In this document: one piece after another, positions 26,901-40,493 of the stretch
Position numbering within the stretch: the first letter of the stretch is position 1
How the letters are laid out: each line of letters begins with the position of its first letter
From: Eledone cirrhosa
Taxonomy: Eukaryota
Length of the DNA: 64,000 nucleotides
Assembly (NCBI GenBank): GCA_964016885.1
Contig: OZ024740.1
Coordinates: 4,402,001 to 4,466,000, forward strand
Direction: 5' to 3'
Made by a program: the position numbers and the translations under genes
Notes under the pieces: model-generated
What the model was told of the DNA's origin: nothing
What the model saw: the letters and a program-made list of their open reading frames with translations, nothing else
Databases searched by the model: none

Positions 26901-29900
26901 GATGTTCTATCTTATCAAGGGGTGGTACTATAGCCAGGTCTGACCTATCACTAATGATGTTCTATCTTACCAAGTGGTGGTACTATAGCCAAGTCTGACC
27001 TATCACTAATGATGTTCTATCTTATCAAGGGGTGGTACTATAGCCAGGTCTGACCTATCACTAATGATGTTCTATCTTATCAAGGGGTGGTACTATAGCC
27101 AGGTCTGACCTATCACTAATGATGTTCTATCTTATCAAGGGGTGGTACTATAGCCAGGTCTGACCTATCACTAATGATGTTATATCTTACCAAGGGGTGG
27201 TACTATATCCAGGTCAGACCTATCACTAATGATGTTATATCTTACCAAGGTGTGGTACTATAGCCAGGTCTGACCTATCACTAATGATGTTCTATCTTAT
27301 CAAGGGGTGGTACTATAGCCAGGTCTTACCTATCACTAATGATGTTCTATCTTACCAAGTGGTGGTACTATAGCCAGGTCTGACCTATCACTAATGTTGT
27401 TCTATCTTATCAAGGGGTGGTACTATAGCCAGGTCTTACCTATCACTAATGATGTTCTATCTTACCAAGGGGTGGTACTATAGCCAGGTCTGACCTATCA
27501 CTAATGATGTTCTATCTTATCAAGTGGTGGTACTATAGCCAGGTCTGACCTATCACTAATGATGTTCTATCTTACCAAGTGGTGGTACTATAGACAGGTC
27601 TGACCTATCACTAATGATGTTCTATCTTATCGAGGGGTGGTACTATAGCCAGGTCTGACCTATCACTAATCATGTTCTATCTTACCAAGTGGTGGTACTA
27701 TAGCCAGGTCTGACCTATCACTAATGATGTTCTATCTTATCAAGGCTTGGTACTATAGCCAGCTCTGACCTATCACTAATGATGTTCTATCTTACCAAGG
27801 GGTGGTACTATAGCCAGGTCAGACCTATCACTAATGATGTTCTATCTTACCAAGTGGTGGTACTATAGCCAGGTCTGACCTATCACTAATGATGTTCTAT
27901 CTTACCAAGTGGTGGTACTATAGCCAGGTCTGACCTATCACTAATGATGTTCTATCTTACCAAGGGGTGGTACTATAGCCAGGTCAGACCTGTCACTAAT
28001 GATGTTCTATCTTACCAAGGGGTGGTACTATAGCCAGGTCTGACCTATCACTAATGATGTTCTATCTTACCAAGGGGTGGTACTATAGCCAGGTAAGACC
28101 TATCACTAATGATGTTCTATCTTATCAAGGGGTGGTACTATAGCCAAGTCTGACCTATAACTAATGATGTTCTATCTTATCAAGGGGTGGTACTTTAGCC
28201 AGGTCTGACCTATCACTAATGATGTTCTATCTTATCAAGGGGTGGTACTATAGCCAAGTCTGACCTGTAACTAATGATGTTCTATCTTATCAAGGGGTGG
28301 TACTATAGCCAGGTCAGACCTGTCACTAATGATGTTCTATCTTATCAATGGGTGGTACTATAGCCAGGTCTGACCTATCACTAATGATGTTCTATCTTAC
28401 AAGTGGTGGTACTATAGCCAGGTCAGACCTATCACTAATGATGTTCTATCTTATCAAGGGGTGGTACTATAGCCAGGTCTGACCTATCACTAATGATGTT
28501 CTATCTTACCAAGGGGTGGTACTATAGCCAGGTCAGACCTATCACTAATGATGTTATATCTTTCCAAGGGTGGTACTATAGCCAGGTCTGACCTATCACT
28601 AATGATGTTCTATCTTATCAAGGGGTGGTACTATAGCCATGTCTGACATATCACTAATGATGTTCTATCTTACCAAGGAGTGGTACTATAGCCAGGTCTG
28701 ACCTATCACTGATGATGTTCAATCTTATCAAGGGGTGGTACTATAGCCAGGTCTGACCTATCACTGATGATGTTCAATCTTATCAAGGGGTGGTACTATA
28801 GCCAGGTCTGACCTATCACTAATGATGTTCAATCTTATCAAGGGGTGGTACTATAGCCAGGTCAGACCTGTCACTAATGATGTTCTATCTTACCAAGTGG
28901 TGGTACTATAGCCAGGTCTGCCCTATCACTAATGTTCTTCTATCTTACCAAGTGGTGGTACTATAGCCAGGTCAGACCTATCACGAATGATGTTCTCTCT
29001 TACCAAGTGGTGGTACTATAGCCAGGTCTGACCTATCACTAATGATGTTCTATCTTACCAAGTGGTGGTACTATAGCCAGGTCTGACCTATCACTAATGA
29101 TGTTCTATCTTACCAAGTGGTGGTACTATAGCCAGGTCAGACCTATCACTAATGATGTTCTATCTTACCAAGTGGTGGTACTATAGCCAGATCAGACCTA
29201 TCACTAATGATGTTCTATCTTACCAAGTGGTGGTACTATAGCCAGATCAGACCCATCACTAATGATGTTCTATCTTACCAAGTGGTGGTACTATAGCCAG
29301 ATCAGACCCATCACTAATGATGTTCTATCTTACCAAGTGGTGGTACTATAGCCAGATCAGACCTATCACTAATGATGTTCTATCTTACCAAGTGGTGGTA
29401 CTATAGCCAAGTCTGACCTATCACTAATGATGTTCTATCTTATCAAGGGGTGGTACTATAGCCAGGTCTGACCTATCACTAATGATGTTCTATCTTATCA
29501 AGGGGTGGTACTATAGCCAGGTCTGACCTATCACTAATGATGTTCTATCTTATCAAGGGGTGGTACTATAGCCAGGTCTGACCTATCACTAATGATGTTA
29601 TATCTTACCAAGGGGTGGTACTATATCCAGGTCAGACCTATCACTAATGATGTTATATCTTACCAAGGTGTGGTACTATAGCCAGGTCTGACCTATCACT
29701 AATGATGTTCTATCTTATCAAGGGGTGGTACTATAGCCAGGTCTTACCTATCACTAATGATGTTCTATCTTACCAAGTGGTGGTACTATAGCCAGGTCTG
29801 ACCTATCACTAATGTTGTTCTATCTTATCAAGGGGTGGTACTATAGCCAGGTCTTACCTATCACTAATGATGTTCTATCTTACCAAGGGGTGGTACTATA

Positions 29901-31837
29901 GCCAGGTCTGACCTATCACTAATGATGTTCTATCTTATCAAGTGGTGGTACTATAGCCAGGTCTGACCTATCACTAATGATGTTCTATCTTACCAAGTGG
30001 TGGTACTATAGACAGGTCTGACCTATCACTAATGATGTTCTATCTTATCGAGGGGTGGTACTATAGCCAGGTCTGACCTATCACTAATCATGTTCTATCT
30101 TACCAAGTGGTGGTACTATAGCCAGGTCTGACCTATCACTAATGATGTTCTATCTTATCAAGGCTTGGTACTATAGCCAGCTCTGACCTATCACTAATGA
30201 TGTTCTATCTTACCAAGGGGTGGTACTATAGCCAGGTCAGACCTATCACTAATGATGTTCTATCTTACCAAGTGGTGGTACTATAGCCAGGTCTGACCTA
30301 TCACTAATGATGTTCTATCTTACCAAGTGGTGGTACTATAGCCAGGTCTGACCTATCACTAATGATGTTCTATCTTACCAAGGGGTGGTACTATAGCCAG
30401 GTCAGACCTGTCACTAATGATGTTCTATCTTACCAAGGGGTGGTACTATAGCCAGGTCTGACCTATCACTAATGATGTTCTATCTTACCAAGGGGTGGTA
30501 CTATAGCCAGGTAAGACCTATCACTAATGATGTTCTATCTTATCAAGGGGTGGTACTATAGCCAAGTCTGACCTATAACTAATGATGTTCTATCTTATCA
30601 AGGGGTGGTACTTTAGCCAGGTCTGACCTATCACTAATGATGTTCTATCTTATCAAGGGGTGGTACTATAGCCAAGTCTGACCTGTAACTAATGATGTTC
30701 TATCTTATCAAGGGGTGGTACTATAGCCAGGTCAGACCTGTCACTAATGATGTTCTATCTTATCAATGGGTGGTACTATAGCCAGGTCTGACCTATCACT
30801 AATGATGTTCTATCTTACAAGTGGTGGTACTATAGCCAGGTCAGACCTATCACTAATGATGTTCTATCTTATCAAGGGGTGGTACTATAGCCAGGTCTGA
30901 CCTATCACTAATGATGTTCTATCTTACCAAGGGGTGGTACTATAGCCAGGTCAGACCTATCACTAATGATGTTATATCTTTCCAAGGGTGGTACTATAGC
31001 CAGGTCTGACCTATCACTAATGATGTTCTATCTTATCAAGGGGTGGTACTATAGCCATGTCTGACATATCACTAATGATGTTCTATCTTACCAAGGAGTG
31101 GTACTATAGCCAGGTCTGACCTATCACTGATGATGTTCAATCTTATCAAGGGGTGGTACTATAGCCAGGTCTGACCTATCACTGATGATGTTCAATCTTA
31201 TCAAGGGGTGGTACTATAGCCAGGTCTGACCTATCACTAATGATGTTCAATCTTATCAAGGGGTGGTACTATAGCCAGGTCAGACCTGTCACTAATGATG
31301 TTCTATCTTACCAAGTGGTGGTACTATAGCCAGGTCTGCCCTATCACTAATGTTCTTCTATCTTACCAAGTGGTGGTACTATAGCCAGGTCAGACCTATC
31401 ACGAATGATGTTCTCTCTTACCAAGTGGTGGTACTATAGCCAGGTCTGACCTATCACTAATGATGTTCTATCTTACCAAGTGGTGGTACTATAGCCAGGT
31501 CTGACCTATCACTAATGATGTTCTATCTTACCAAGTGGTGGTACTATAGCCAGGTCAGACCTATCACTAATGATGTTCTATCTTACCAAGTGGTGGTACT
31601 ATAGCCAGATCAGACCTATCACTAATGATGTTCTATCTTACCAAGTGGTGGTACTATAGCCAGATCAGACCCATCACTAATGATGTTCTATCTTACCAAG
31701 TGGTGGTACTATAGCCAGATCAGACCTATCACTAATGATGTTCTATCTTACCAAGTGGTGGTACTATAGCCAGATCAGACCTATCACTAATGATGTTCTA
31801 TCTTACCAAGTGGTGGTACTATAGCCAGATCAGACCT
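17982..31837. repeat. Tandem satellite, 55 bp unit (ACCTATCACTAATGATGTTCTATCTTACCAAGGGGTGGTACTATAGCCAGGTCTG), ~250 copies
   Basis: Period 55 read directly; highly homogeneous. Confidence 0.98.
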
Positions 31838-32438
31838 AAAGACGGCAGTGTGAAACTTCATAAAGACTTGGCTATTATTTCTAGTATGTGGAAGGAGCAG
31901 CTAGAGGTTATAAATTATCTGGTCGTGTGAAAGGTCACTCATTTCTCTATCTCAATTTCTCAGTTAAGCAGTACCTAAGGTAATAAAACACCGTTGTCAA
32001 TCGTTTTGCTGTTGTTTAACCCCAAATCAATGCTGCCCCACGTTAATTTATCACCAACGATGTTCCAGCCGTCATCATTCCTTCTTATTTTAGAACCACA
32101 TTTTCCAATGTCTCCCTTTTTAATTTTTGTTTTGAGAGAAATGTAGTCAATATTTCTATCAAGTTAAGCGACTATATTTGGTTGTGTGAACCCCCCACTC
32201 TCTCTCCGTCTCTCTCTCCCTCTTCTTTTCTCTCTTCCTCCTCTCCCTTACACTTTTTCTCCTCCTTATCCCCACATCAACCCCCTCTCTCTACCTACCC
32301 CTGCCACCCCATTTCTCCCTCTCCCCTCTCTATGAAAGTTGACATTAAATCTTATACAACAGCATCCCCAACTGTAAGTAAGGTATTGTTTTAATACGAT
32401 GTTGTTGTTGTTCCAACACAGTTACCCTCATCTCTTCC

Positions 32439-34200
32439 GGAATGCGCAGAACTCATTGCTGAATGCTATGCAGGCATTTTCACTGTTGAAGACCAGAGTG
32501 TACCGTCTCCACCACCTCTGACATCGGATTCTATTACAACTATGGAATTTACACCTGCAATGCAGCGACGTCACCTTAAAAATAAACGCAACCATGTCTC
32601 TCCTGGTCTTGATGGTGTTACGTACCTGCTTCTCAAACATAGTGTTTACTTCCTTCTACACCAGCTATCATGCTTCTTCCAATTCTGTCTGAACAACGGT
32701 GCTACTCCAGAACTGGAAAACTGCCAGTGTCATTCCTCTGTTCAAAAAGGGTGACCGCACATCACCTGTCAACTATCGTCCAGTCAGTCTTACTAGTTGC
32801 ATTGCCAAACTGATGGAGTCCGAGTCCTGTGTCAGAGAAACACTTTGGAACTTCTGGAACCCTCACAGTCTTATCTGGCCCTCGCAAATTGGATTTATCC
32901 CTAACTCCAGCTGCTGTGATCAACTTATCGAGTTTCTTGAAGACATTACCTGGATCACTGATGGCAGCTCATGGGTGGATGTTGTTTACCTTGACTTTGC
33001 TAAAGCTTTCAATTCTGTGCCAGACAAAAGACTTATGACAAAACTCTCTGCAATGGGTGTGAAGGATGATCTTTATAACTGGTTGAAGTCCTTTATTGTC
33101 AGTCAAAAAGAGGTAGTCACGGTTCTAGGACAGCATTCCTCACCATATGAGATGTCATCTGGTGTACCACAGGAATCTGTTCTTGGCCCCCTTTTGTTTG
33201 TGGCATATATTAATGACATAGATGCCAACTTAAAGAATGCCACAGTACTAAAGTACGCAGATGACATCAAGCTGTACCTTGAGATAAAAAGGACAGATCC
33301 TGAACACTTAAGATCTTGCCTACAATCTGACCTGGACACAATGCAACAATGGATCACAGACTGGCAACTCAAGTTGGCTGTGGACAAGTGTGCCACCATG
33401 TATTTTGGGAGTAAAACCCTGTGTCCACATACTCTCTCCACAACACTGATGTCAAGAAGTCTTGTGAACGTGACCTGGGCATTACGGTCAGCAGCGATTT
33501 GCATTGGACGAAGCACGTCTCTAAAATTGTCAAGAAGGCCAAGAGTGTCTTGGCATCACTCAGCAAGACCTTTGTCAGCCGCTCTCCAGCTATCTATTTA
33601 AAGCTGTATATAGCTATGGTGTGGCCACACTTAGAATTTGCATCACCAGTCTGGAACCCCTATCTTGATCAGAATATTGATCAGCTGGAAACTGTTCAGA
33701 GACATGCAGCCAAGCAAATACACTCCATCAGACACCTACCATACTCTGAACGCCTTGCTTCCCTGGGCATGGATACATTGAATCTCCGACATCTGGCAAC
33801 TTACTTGGTAAACACCCACAAAATTATTAACCATCTTGCCAATAACAACCCTGAGCACCTTTTTGATCTCCATGTGTCTAACTCACGTGGATGCCTACAA
33901 AGTCAGAAAACAGCACAGTTCCCATGACTTTCGGAAACATTTTTTCACACTCAGAGTTGCTGAAGCATAGAACAAACTACCTGCATGAGTTGTTAACTGT
34001 CGAGACACTGCAGCCTTCAAAACCTCCATGCTTCCTGAGATTTGCCAACACTACACCTGATATACCCCCTCCATACACATGCACACATGTATATCATGAC
34101 TCATACACTGTTCACTTTCCTGAAATTTGTATATTATTCTATGTACCATACATGCAACTTTGATGAGTTGTAGTGCAACTGAGCACTTTACACAATAATT

Positions 34201-34252
<52 letters not shown>
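32439..34252 (+). mobile_element. 5'-truncated CR1-group LINE (frameshifted RT) with (ATT)n tail
   Basis: SPGLDG..WKTASVIPLFKKGDR..NYRPVSLTS..VDVVYLDFAKAF..GVPQESVLGPLLF..YADDIK..ERDLGITV..HLEFASPVWNPY..FRKHFFTLRV. Confidence 0.92.
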
Positions 34253-34253
<1 letters not shown>

Positions 34254-35150
34254 GTACTTTTAGTCTCAGTCATTGATGTTATTTAACTGGAAAGTTTGTT
34301 GAAATGAATATCAAGCCACTACCTGCAGCCTCAGACATTCAGGATGTATCGGAGGGTTCTTGCTGTTCCCAGCAAGCATGCCTTTTGAAGTGTTCCAAAA
34401 AGCAGGGCTGGACTAATCTTCTTTAACCATCCTTGGAAACTCTTTGAGATATTACCTAGTGCACCTATGACAATCGGCACGAACTTGATTTCATGGCAGT
34501 TTCAAATCCTTTTTAATTCCCACTTTAAATCCTGGTATCGGTTAATTTTCTCCCTCTCCTTTTCTTGCATTCTCGTGTCAAATGGGCAGGCTACATCTAC
34601 AATCAGGCACAATCATTTTTCCTTGTCGAAAACCATCAGGTCAGGCCTATTGTGTTCCAGTTTTTTGTCCATCTATATCCTAAAATCCCATAGCACCTTC
34701 ACCTGATCGTTTTCTATCACCGACTCTGGCTTATGCTCATACCACTTCTCAGAATGTGGTAAATTGTTTACTTTGCATAGATGCCAGTGGATCACCCTGC
34801 CTATCATATCATGTCTCCAGCCTTTATAGTGAGTCTGGGCTAGTTGTTTACACTCGGATACAATGTGAGCCACAGTCTCCTCTCTCTCTCTCTCTCTCTC
34901 TCTCCACAGATCCTGCACAGTGGGCTAGCCTACTCCTTGTAAATATGGTGTTTCACCCACTTCATTCTGAGGGCTTGCTCTTGCGCAGCCATTAGCATTC
35001 CTTCTGTAGCTTTTTTAAGGTCTCCTCTTTTTAACCAGTTCTATGTCTGTGGATCTCTAAATTCCGTTTGCTATGAAGGGATTTTTCATGAAGGTTGCTC
35101 TTCCTCCTCGTTGTTATTTCCTCCTTGGACATCCCCTGGTCTATTATCTT
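34253..35150 (-). mobile_element. 3' fragment of an R4/Dong-clade LINE (CCHC knuckle + restriction-like endonuclease)
   Basis: ETVAHIVSECKQLAQTHYKGWRHD..WYEHKPESVIEND..VLWDF..HNRPDLMVFDK..IVDVACPFD..VPIVIGALG..QKACLLGTARTLR; abuts (AAT)n. Confidence 0.85.
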
Positions 35151-35159
35151 CTCATTCAG

Positions 35160-35224
35160 TCGATAAAATAAAGTACCAGTAATAAACTGGAATAATTGCT
35201 GGCCTTGTGCCAAAAGTAGAAACA

Positions 35225-35268
<44 letters not shown>
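35160..35268 (+). mobile_element. SINE family 1 3' end followed by (ATT)n
   Basis: TCGATAAAATAAAGTACCAGTAATAAACTGG..GGCCTTGTGCCAAAAGTAGAAACAATTATT matches 16833-16900. Confidence 0.75.
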
Positions 35269-35269
<1 letters not shown>

Positions 35270-38200
35270 GTGCAAAAAAACAGAGAAAAATCACCAAAAA
35301 AAGCCCCAACAAAACACAAAAACATACACAACAAAAAATACAGACACCACTAACGCAAACACTTCACCAATAACATCATCACCAACAGCAACATCGACAC
35401 CACCCCCACAATCCCCGAAACGCAAACAACCTAAACAAACATAAGTACAAATAAATACACAAATACCTGAAATTGCAGACACCACACCTACAACAAACAT
35501 AGACATACCCGAAACAACACCACCAAAACCATCACCACCACAGTCACCAAAACGAAAACAAATAAAACCACACCAACAAAATGTTAAAAACTTTGTGCTT
35601 GTCAGAAGGGCCAACGATAAACTGATGGCCCTCTTAGTGCGAAGCGAGGACATTCAAACAGAGGGGGAAATTTTTGAAATGAGCACATTTTGCATGCCAG
35701 AAGATTTGCTTCTGGTCCGAATGTCACTCAATTCTTTCAAAGAAATTCGAGCAAGCTTTCCTCAAGACGTGGGAACCCCGAATGTGAAACCCACATCGAA
35801 ACTTTTAAAGGGGTTCCCAAAATCCGCTGGGATTGTGTGGGAGTAGCCGATAGGAGCGGGGTGCAAAAGCCTCAAGCACCTACTCAGCCAGTTCCAACTG
35901 TCTGACAGGTATCGACTAGATTTCCCCAATGTGCCAGTATGGACATGGACCAACCGAATGGGGTCATCTAGATCGTATATAGACAGGATTTTCATTAGGA
36001 AAATAGATAGAAATAGTGTAGGCTGCCCAATTTTTAAAACGGTCGCCTATTCAGATCACAAATTTGTGATCTGCACAGTCGACCTAGATAAAATGCATAG
36101 GTTAGGACCAGGTTACTGGAAGCTGATCATGTCATTTCCGGCACGTAAGGCTTACAGAGACCGAGTCAACAATTTAGTTAAGCAAAAGTTGACAGGGGGG
36201 ATCATCAATAACAGATGGTGGGGGGCTCTCAAAAGAGAGATTAGAGTAACTTTGATAGAGTTCAGCAAAGGACTAGCGTTAGAGAAAAATAGAAAGGAGG
36301 GGGAGCTGGTAGATAAGTTAGACGAGGCTATTTGTAGTGGCATTGCAACTGACGTGCTAGCGGCAAGAATGGCATTAGACCATTTCTTCAATGTGAAACA
36401 CGAAGGTTGCATTGTCAGAGCTAAGGTGCGTGCGCTGAGAAACGAGGGAACCAAAGCTGTTCGATGGGCCCATGTGGCAGAGGCGCAGCGTGGAAATAAA
36501 ACCACAATTCTGTCTTTGGTGAACCGAGACGGACACGAGATAAGCGATTCCAAGCGGATGTGAGAGGCCTTTCGCCAGCACTTTGCTCGGTTGTTCGGGG
36601 AGATTGGCGAGTCAGAGAGAGTAGCGGATTTCAGTCCCTACCTTGACGGCTTGCCGTGCATCTCGACGCTCAACGCTGACCGCTGCGAAAGGCCGATTAC
36701 TTCAGCCAAAATTCAGGGCACCCTTGTCGGCTGCATGAGGCGCAAGTCACCTGGTTTGGATGGCCTGCCCTACGAGCTTTACGTAAATATGCCAGACTTG
36801 TTCTCCGATCTCCTCGAAGCACTCTACTGCAACTGGCGAATGGGAGTATTCCCAGTTCTGTGAGCAGGGGAGTGGTGACGCTGATAACGAAAGACGAGAA
36901 CAAGAGGGATACATTAGAAAACTTCAGGCCCATAACTCTGCTCAACACAGAGTTTAAGATTTTGGCCAAGGTGCTTACAAAGAGATTGGCGCTTGTCGTC
37001 GAGGATTTGGTTGGGGAGGCTCAAACTTGCGCAATCCCAGCCAGGTTCATACACGACAATCTCCACCTCATGCGATTCATCATAGAGAGGGTAGGGTGTA
37101 AACCTGGCTTCGGTGGGGCACTGATCAATTTAGATCAATCGAAAGCATTCAATAGGGTCGACCATCGGTATCTGGAGTTTGTCCTCAAAGCAGCTGGCTT
37201 CGGCCCTGTCTTCAGAAGCTGGATCGCTGCAATGCACAGCGGCACACGCTCGGTGGTCAAGGTTAATGGCCACCTCTCGAACCATTTCGGCTCTCCTGAT
37301 CGGTCCGTCAAGGGTGCCCTCCCTCTTCTCTTCTGTACGTATTGACTCTCGAGCCTTTACTGCGGAAGCTAGAGCTGTTGCAGGGCATCCCACTTGAACT
37401 GGGACGTGGAAGGGCAGTGTCGGCTTGTGCGGACGACATCACCGTGATGGTGTCGAACACCTCAGAAATCGAGGTGGTCGGCACCTTAGTAAAGGAATAT
37501 GAAAGGTTGACAGGAGCCAAACTTAACCTGGAAAAGTCGGTGGGCTTGCAGCTCGGAACCTGGAGAGGCAAGCCCATGCCGTCCAACAGCATTGTGGGAC
37601 GCTGGACGGATGGACCGGTAAAGTTGCTTGGAGCTTAGTTCGGACCAGACCTCCAGGTGGAAAAGAATTGGGACGAGGTAACGAGCAGAGTAGCCAGTCT
37701 CACCCAAAAATGGGCTGGGAGGAAGCTATCACTGAAAGGTCGCGCGGAGGTGGCGAATGCGTACATCGCGTCCGTCATCTACTACCGCCTAACCGTTGTG
37801 CATTGCCCCCGTCCACGCCTCGTCAAGTTGGAACGGTTCCTCTTCAAATTCTTGTGGAGGGAACAAGTTCCATTGGTGAGGCGGTCCATCTGCTGCCAGC
37901 ACCCTCTACGCGGATGGCTGGGCATGCCGTGGTTAATGATGCTCAGACATGCGTTGAGGCTGCGACATCTCCAGATATTCTGCCTCAACGGTGAACAGGT
38001 GTGGTCACCAGACGGGCCTTTCTGCAGCTCATTTCTTTGACTGAGCTGCAGTCCTGGGTCAAGAAGAGACCGAGACTGGGTGACTGGCACCTGGAATGTT
38101 GCCAGGTACTCACTGCCCTCTACCAAGCGGGCAATGCGATCAGTGGAACTTCCACTCTCTGCCACCAGATAGAGGAAAATTTCCTGCTCTTCCTGACCTA

Positions 38201-38644
38201 AGGAAGCCGGTGGGTCGATCTTCACTATGGACTCGTTCCTCACACGATAGTAGCTGTTCGACATAACTCCACAAGTCAGTAATGCATGGACTTTGGACAA
38301 GTGCGTGCAGAACGGTTTCGTCGTCCTGTGCGCATCTCGGGCAGGTCCGTCTGACAGCACTTCCGTGCCTATAGAGTTTATCCCGAACCGGCAGTGCCCC
38401 CCCAGTAGCACTGCCAAGCGAGGGATTTCTGGAAATTGTCCATCGTCCCCGGCTCAAAAGTCCTCCGGTACAGACTGGTCAGTTCGAATTCGTCGAGGCC
38501 CAAAGCTTCTCCGAGTGCATCATCGCACTTGCCCACCACTAATCCTAAGGATAAAGCCCCACTGTCCCTGTCTTTGTATTGTCCACTACATGTCGGCCCT
38601 TGTGGCTAATAAATGAAATCATTATTATTATTATTATTATTATT
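35270..38644 (+). mobile_element. Degenerate L1/Tx1-clade LINE (probable ORF1 remnant, partial APE, RT, inverted C-terminal zinc-knuckle segment, AATAAA + (ATT)n tail)
   Basis: WTWTN..SYIDRIF..SDHK..GPGYWKL; KSPGLDGLPYE; NFRPITLLNTEFKILAK; LDQSKAFNRVDH; ADDIT; WAGRKLSLKGRA; C-terminal CPRC..ETVLHAL lies on the minus strand at ~38158-38560. Confidence 0.9.
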
Positions 38645-39328
38645 AATACGATGTTGTTGTTGATGTTCCAACAGAGTTAACATCATCTCTTCCTGAAACT
38701 CAACAATTGGTTTATTGAAGAAACAATAGATCGAAACCTAGAGTAGATGGAGCAGACTTCAAAGACGAAATTTAATTGTCTGGAAATTTTAAACTATTCT
38801 CCCACAATGCATTAAGTTGAGACCTTTGACACCACCACAACCACTACCCCCCCCCCCCCCCACCACCACCAGCCAACCTCAACAGCCTCTTGATATCGCC
38901 CCTCTTACCAATACAACTCACTAAAAAAATCAATTGATAAACAAACAATATGAAACAAAATAGAAAACTTTAATGTTTAACCCTTTGACTTGTAAATAAA
39001 ATAAATGGAAAACTGAGAAAATTGATCTCACTAAATGTCTCTGGATGTCGTCTATCTGTGTGTAAGGTCAATACAAAGATGGGTGTCTAACATGGATGGA
39101 CAAGTGAGTCAATCATATTGGTGGCCTCCCCACAGCCCCGGTAGACAGAATGGAGAAAGTGTTTCCCCGGGGGACGGCAAGGGAGACGCACTGCAAAACC
39201 CATTCCAACTTGCGGGGCTCACACCTACGGCTGGCCAGCTCAGCACCTATGGTGGGTCAACTTAGATCACTCTTGAGTGATACTGGTAACATGGAGCTCA
39301 GTAGAAGGTGTCATATGTACAGGTCCTT

Positions 39329-39893
39329 GGTGGGGGGAGGGGGATTGGTGGGGGAGGGTGATTGGTTGGGGGGTGATTGGTGGGGTGATGGGGGGTGATT
39401 GGTGGGAGAGGGTGATTGGTGGGTAGGGGGATTGGTGGGGAGGGTGATTGGTGGGGAGGGGTATTGGTGGGGGAGGGTGATTGGTGGGGAGGGGGGTTGG
39501 TGGGGGGTGGGGTGGGGGTGATTGGTGGAGGAGGGTGATTGGTGGGGGAGGGTGATTGGTGGGGGAGGGTGATTGGAGGGGGAGGGTGATTGGTGGGGAG
39601 GGTGATTGGTGGGGAGGGTGATTGGTGGGGAGGGGGATTGGTGGGGAGGGGGATTGGTGGAGGAGGGTGATTGGTGGGGGAGGGTGATTGGTGGGGAGGG
39701 TGATTGGTGGGGGAGGGTGATTGGTGGGGGAGGGTGATTGGTGGGGAGGGTGATTGGTGGGGGAGGGTGATTGGTGGGGGAGGGTGATTGGTGGGGAGGG
39801 TGATTGGTGGGGAGGGGATTGGTGGGGGAGGGTGATTGGTGGGGAGGGTGATTGGTGGGGAGGGGATTGGTGGGGAGGGTGGTTGGTGGGGAG
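39329..39893 (+). repeat. G-rich minisatellite, 16-17 bp unit (GGTGATTGGTGGGG(G)AG)
   Basis: Unit read directly; dense G-runs. Confidence 0.95.
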
Positions 39894-40493
39894 GCAGAGT
39901 GCAGAGCTGCAGTAGATTACATGAGTCTAACATGCCACTCAGTCAACTGATGACACACCATATATGGTTATTCCATCTGAGCACTTAACCTCTCTCAGAA
40001 GACCAACCTGGTAAAAAGTCACATTCCATATGAAGTACCTCTGATATAGCTATCATAGGATAGTCTAGCAGAAGGGTGTGCAACATATTCCATTGGCAGG
40101 CCACTTTTGAACATTGGAACAACTATTAGGGCCATTAATATTAAGCCCTATTCCAAAGATTCAGCACAACTTCTTTCCATAACATGGAACTGGCACCAGT
40201 GAAGCCCTTCAGTAGAGCTCAACTAACAGAAGTATTACAGTTATGAACAAAATTCTAAATAAGCCTACAAGGTAAAAATTAAAAACGGTCATCGCAGGCC
40301 ACTCTGACTGGTCTGGCAGACTGGATTGTGGCCTGCGGGCCGCCTCTTGCCCACCCTTGGTCTCACGGGACATGTCGGCTCTAGAGGAGTAAACCTCAAT
40401 AAAAATCCTGTTTGTGTAATAGAAAGCAGTAACTCATGTGACAATCAGTTTAATTAGATGACCTCGGTTTAATGAACACCAGTGGTTTCACAG

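Noticed and set aside
1-31837. Satellite arrays as CRISPR arrays
   Set aside because: Units abut with no unique spacers, there are no cas genes, and the context is eukaryotic.
39298-39933. 211 aa Pro-rich ORF
   Set aside because: Translation of the G-rich minisatellite.
40285-40360. hAT transposon 3' terminus (GCGGGCCGCC..TGCCCACCCTTG)
   Set aside because: No matching 5' TIR or TSD found; too short to call.
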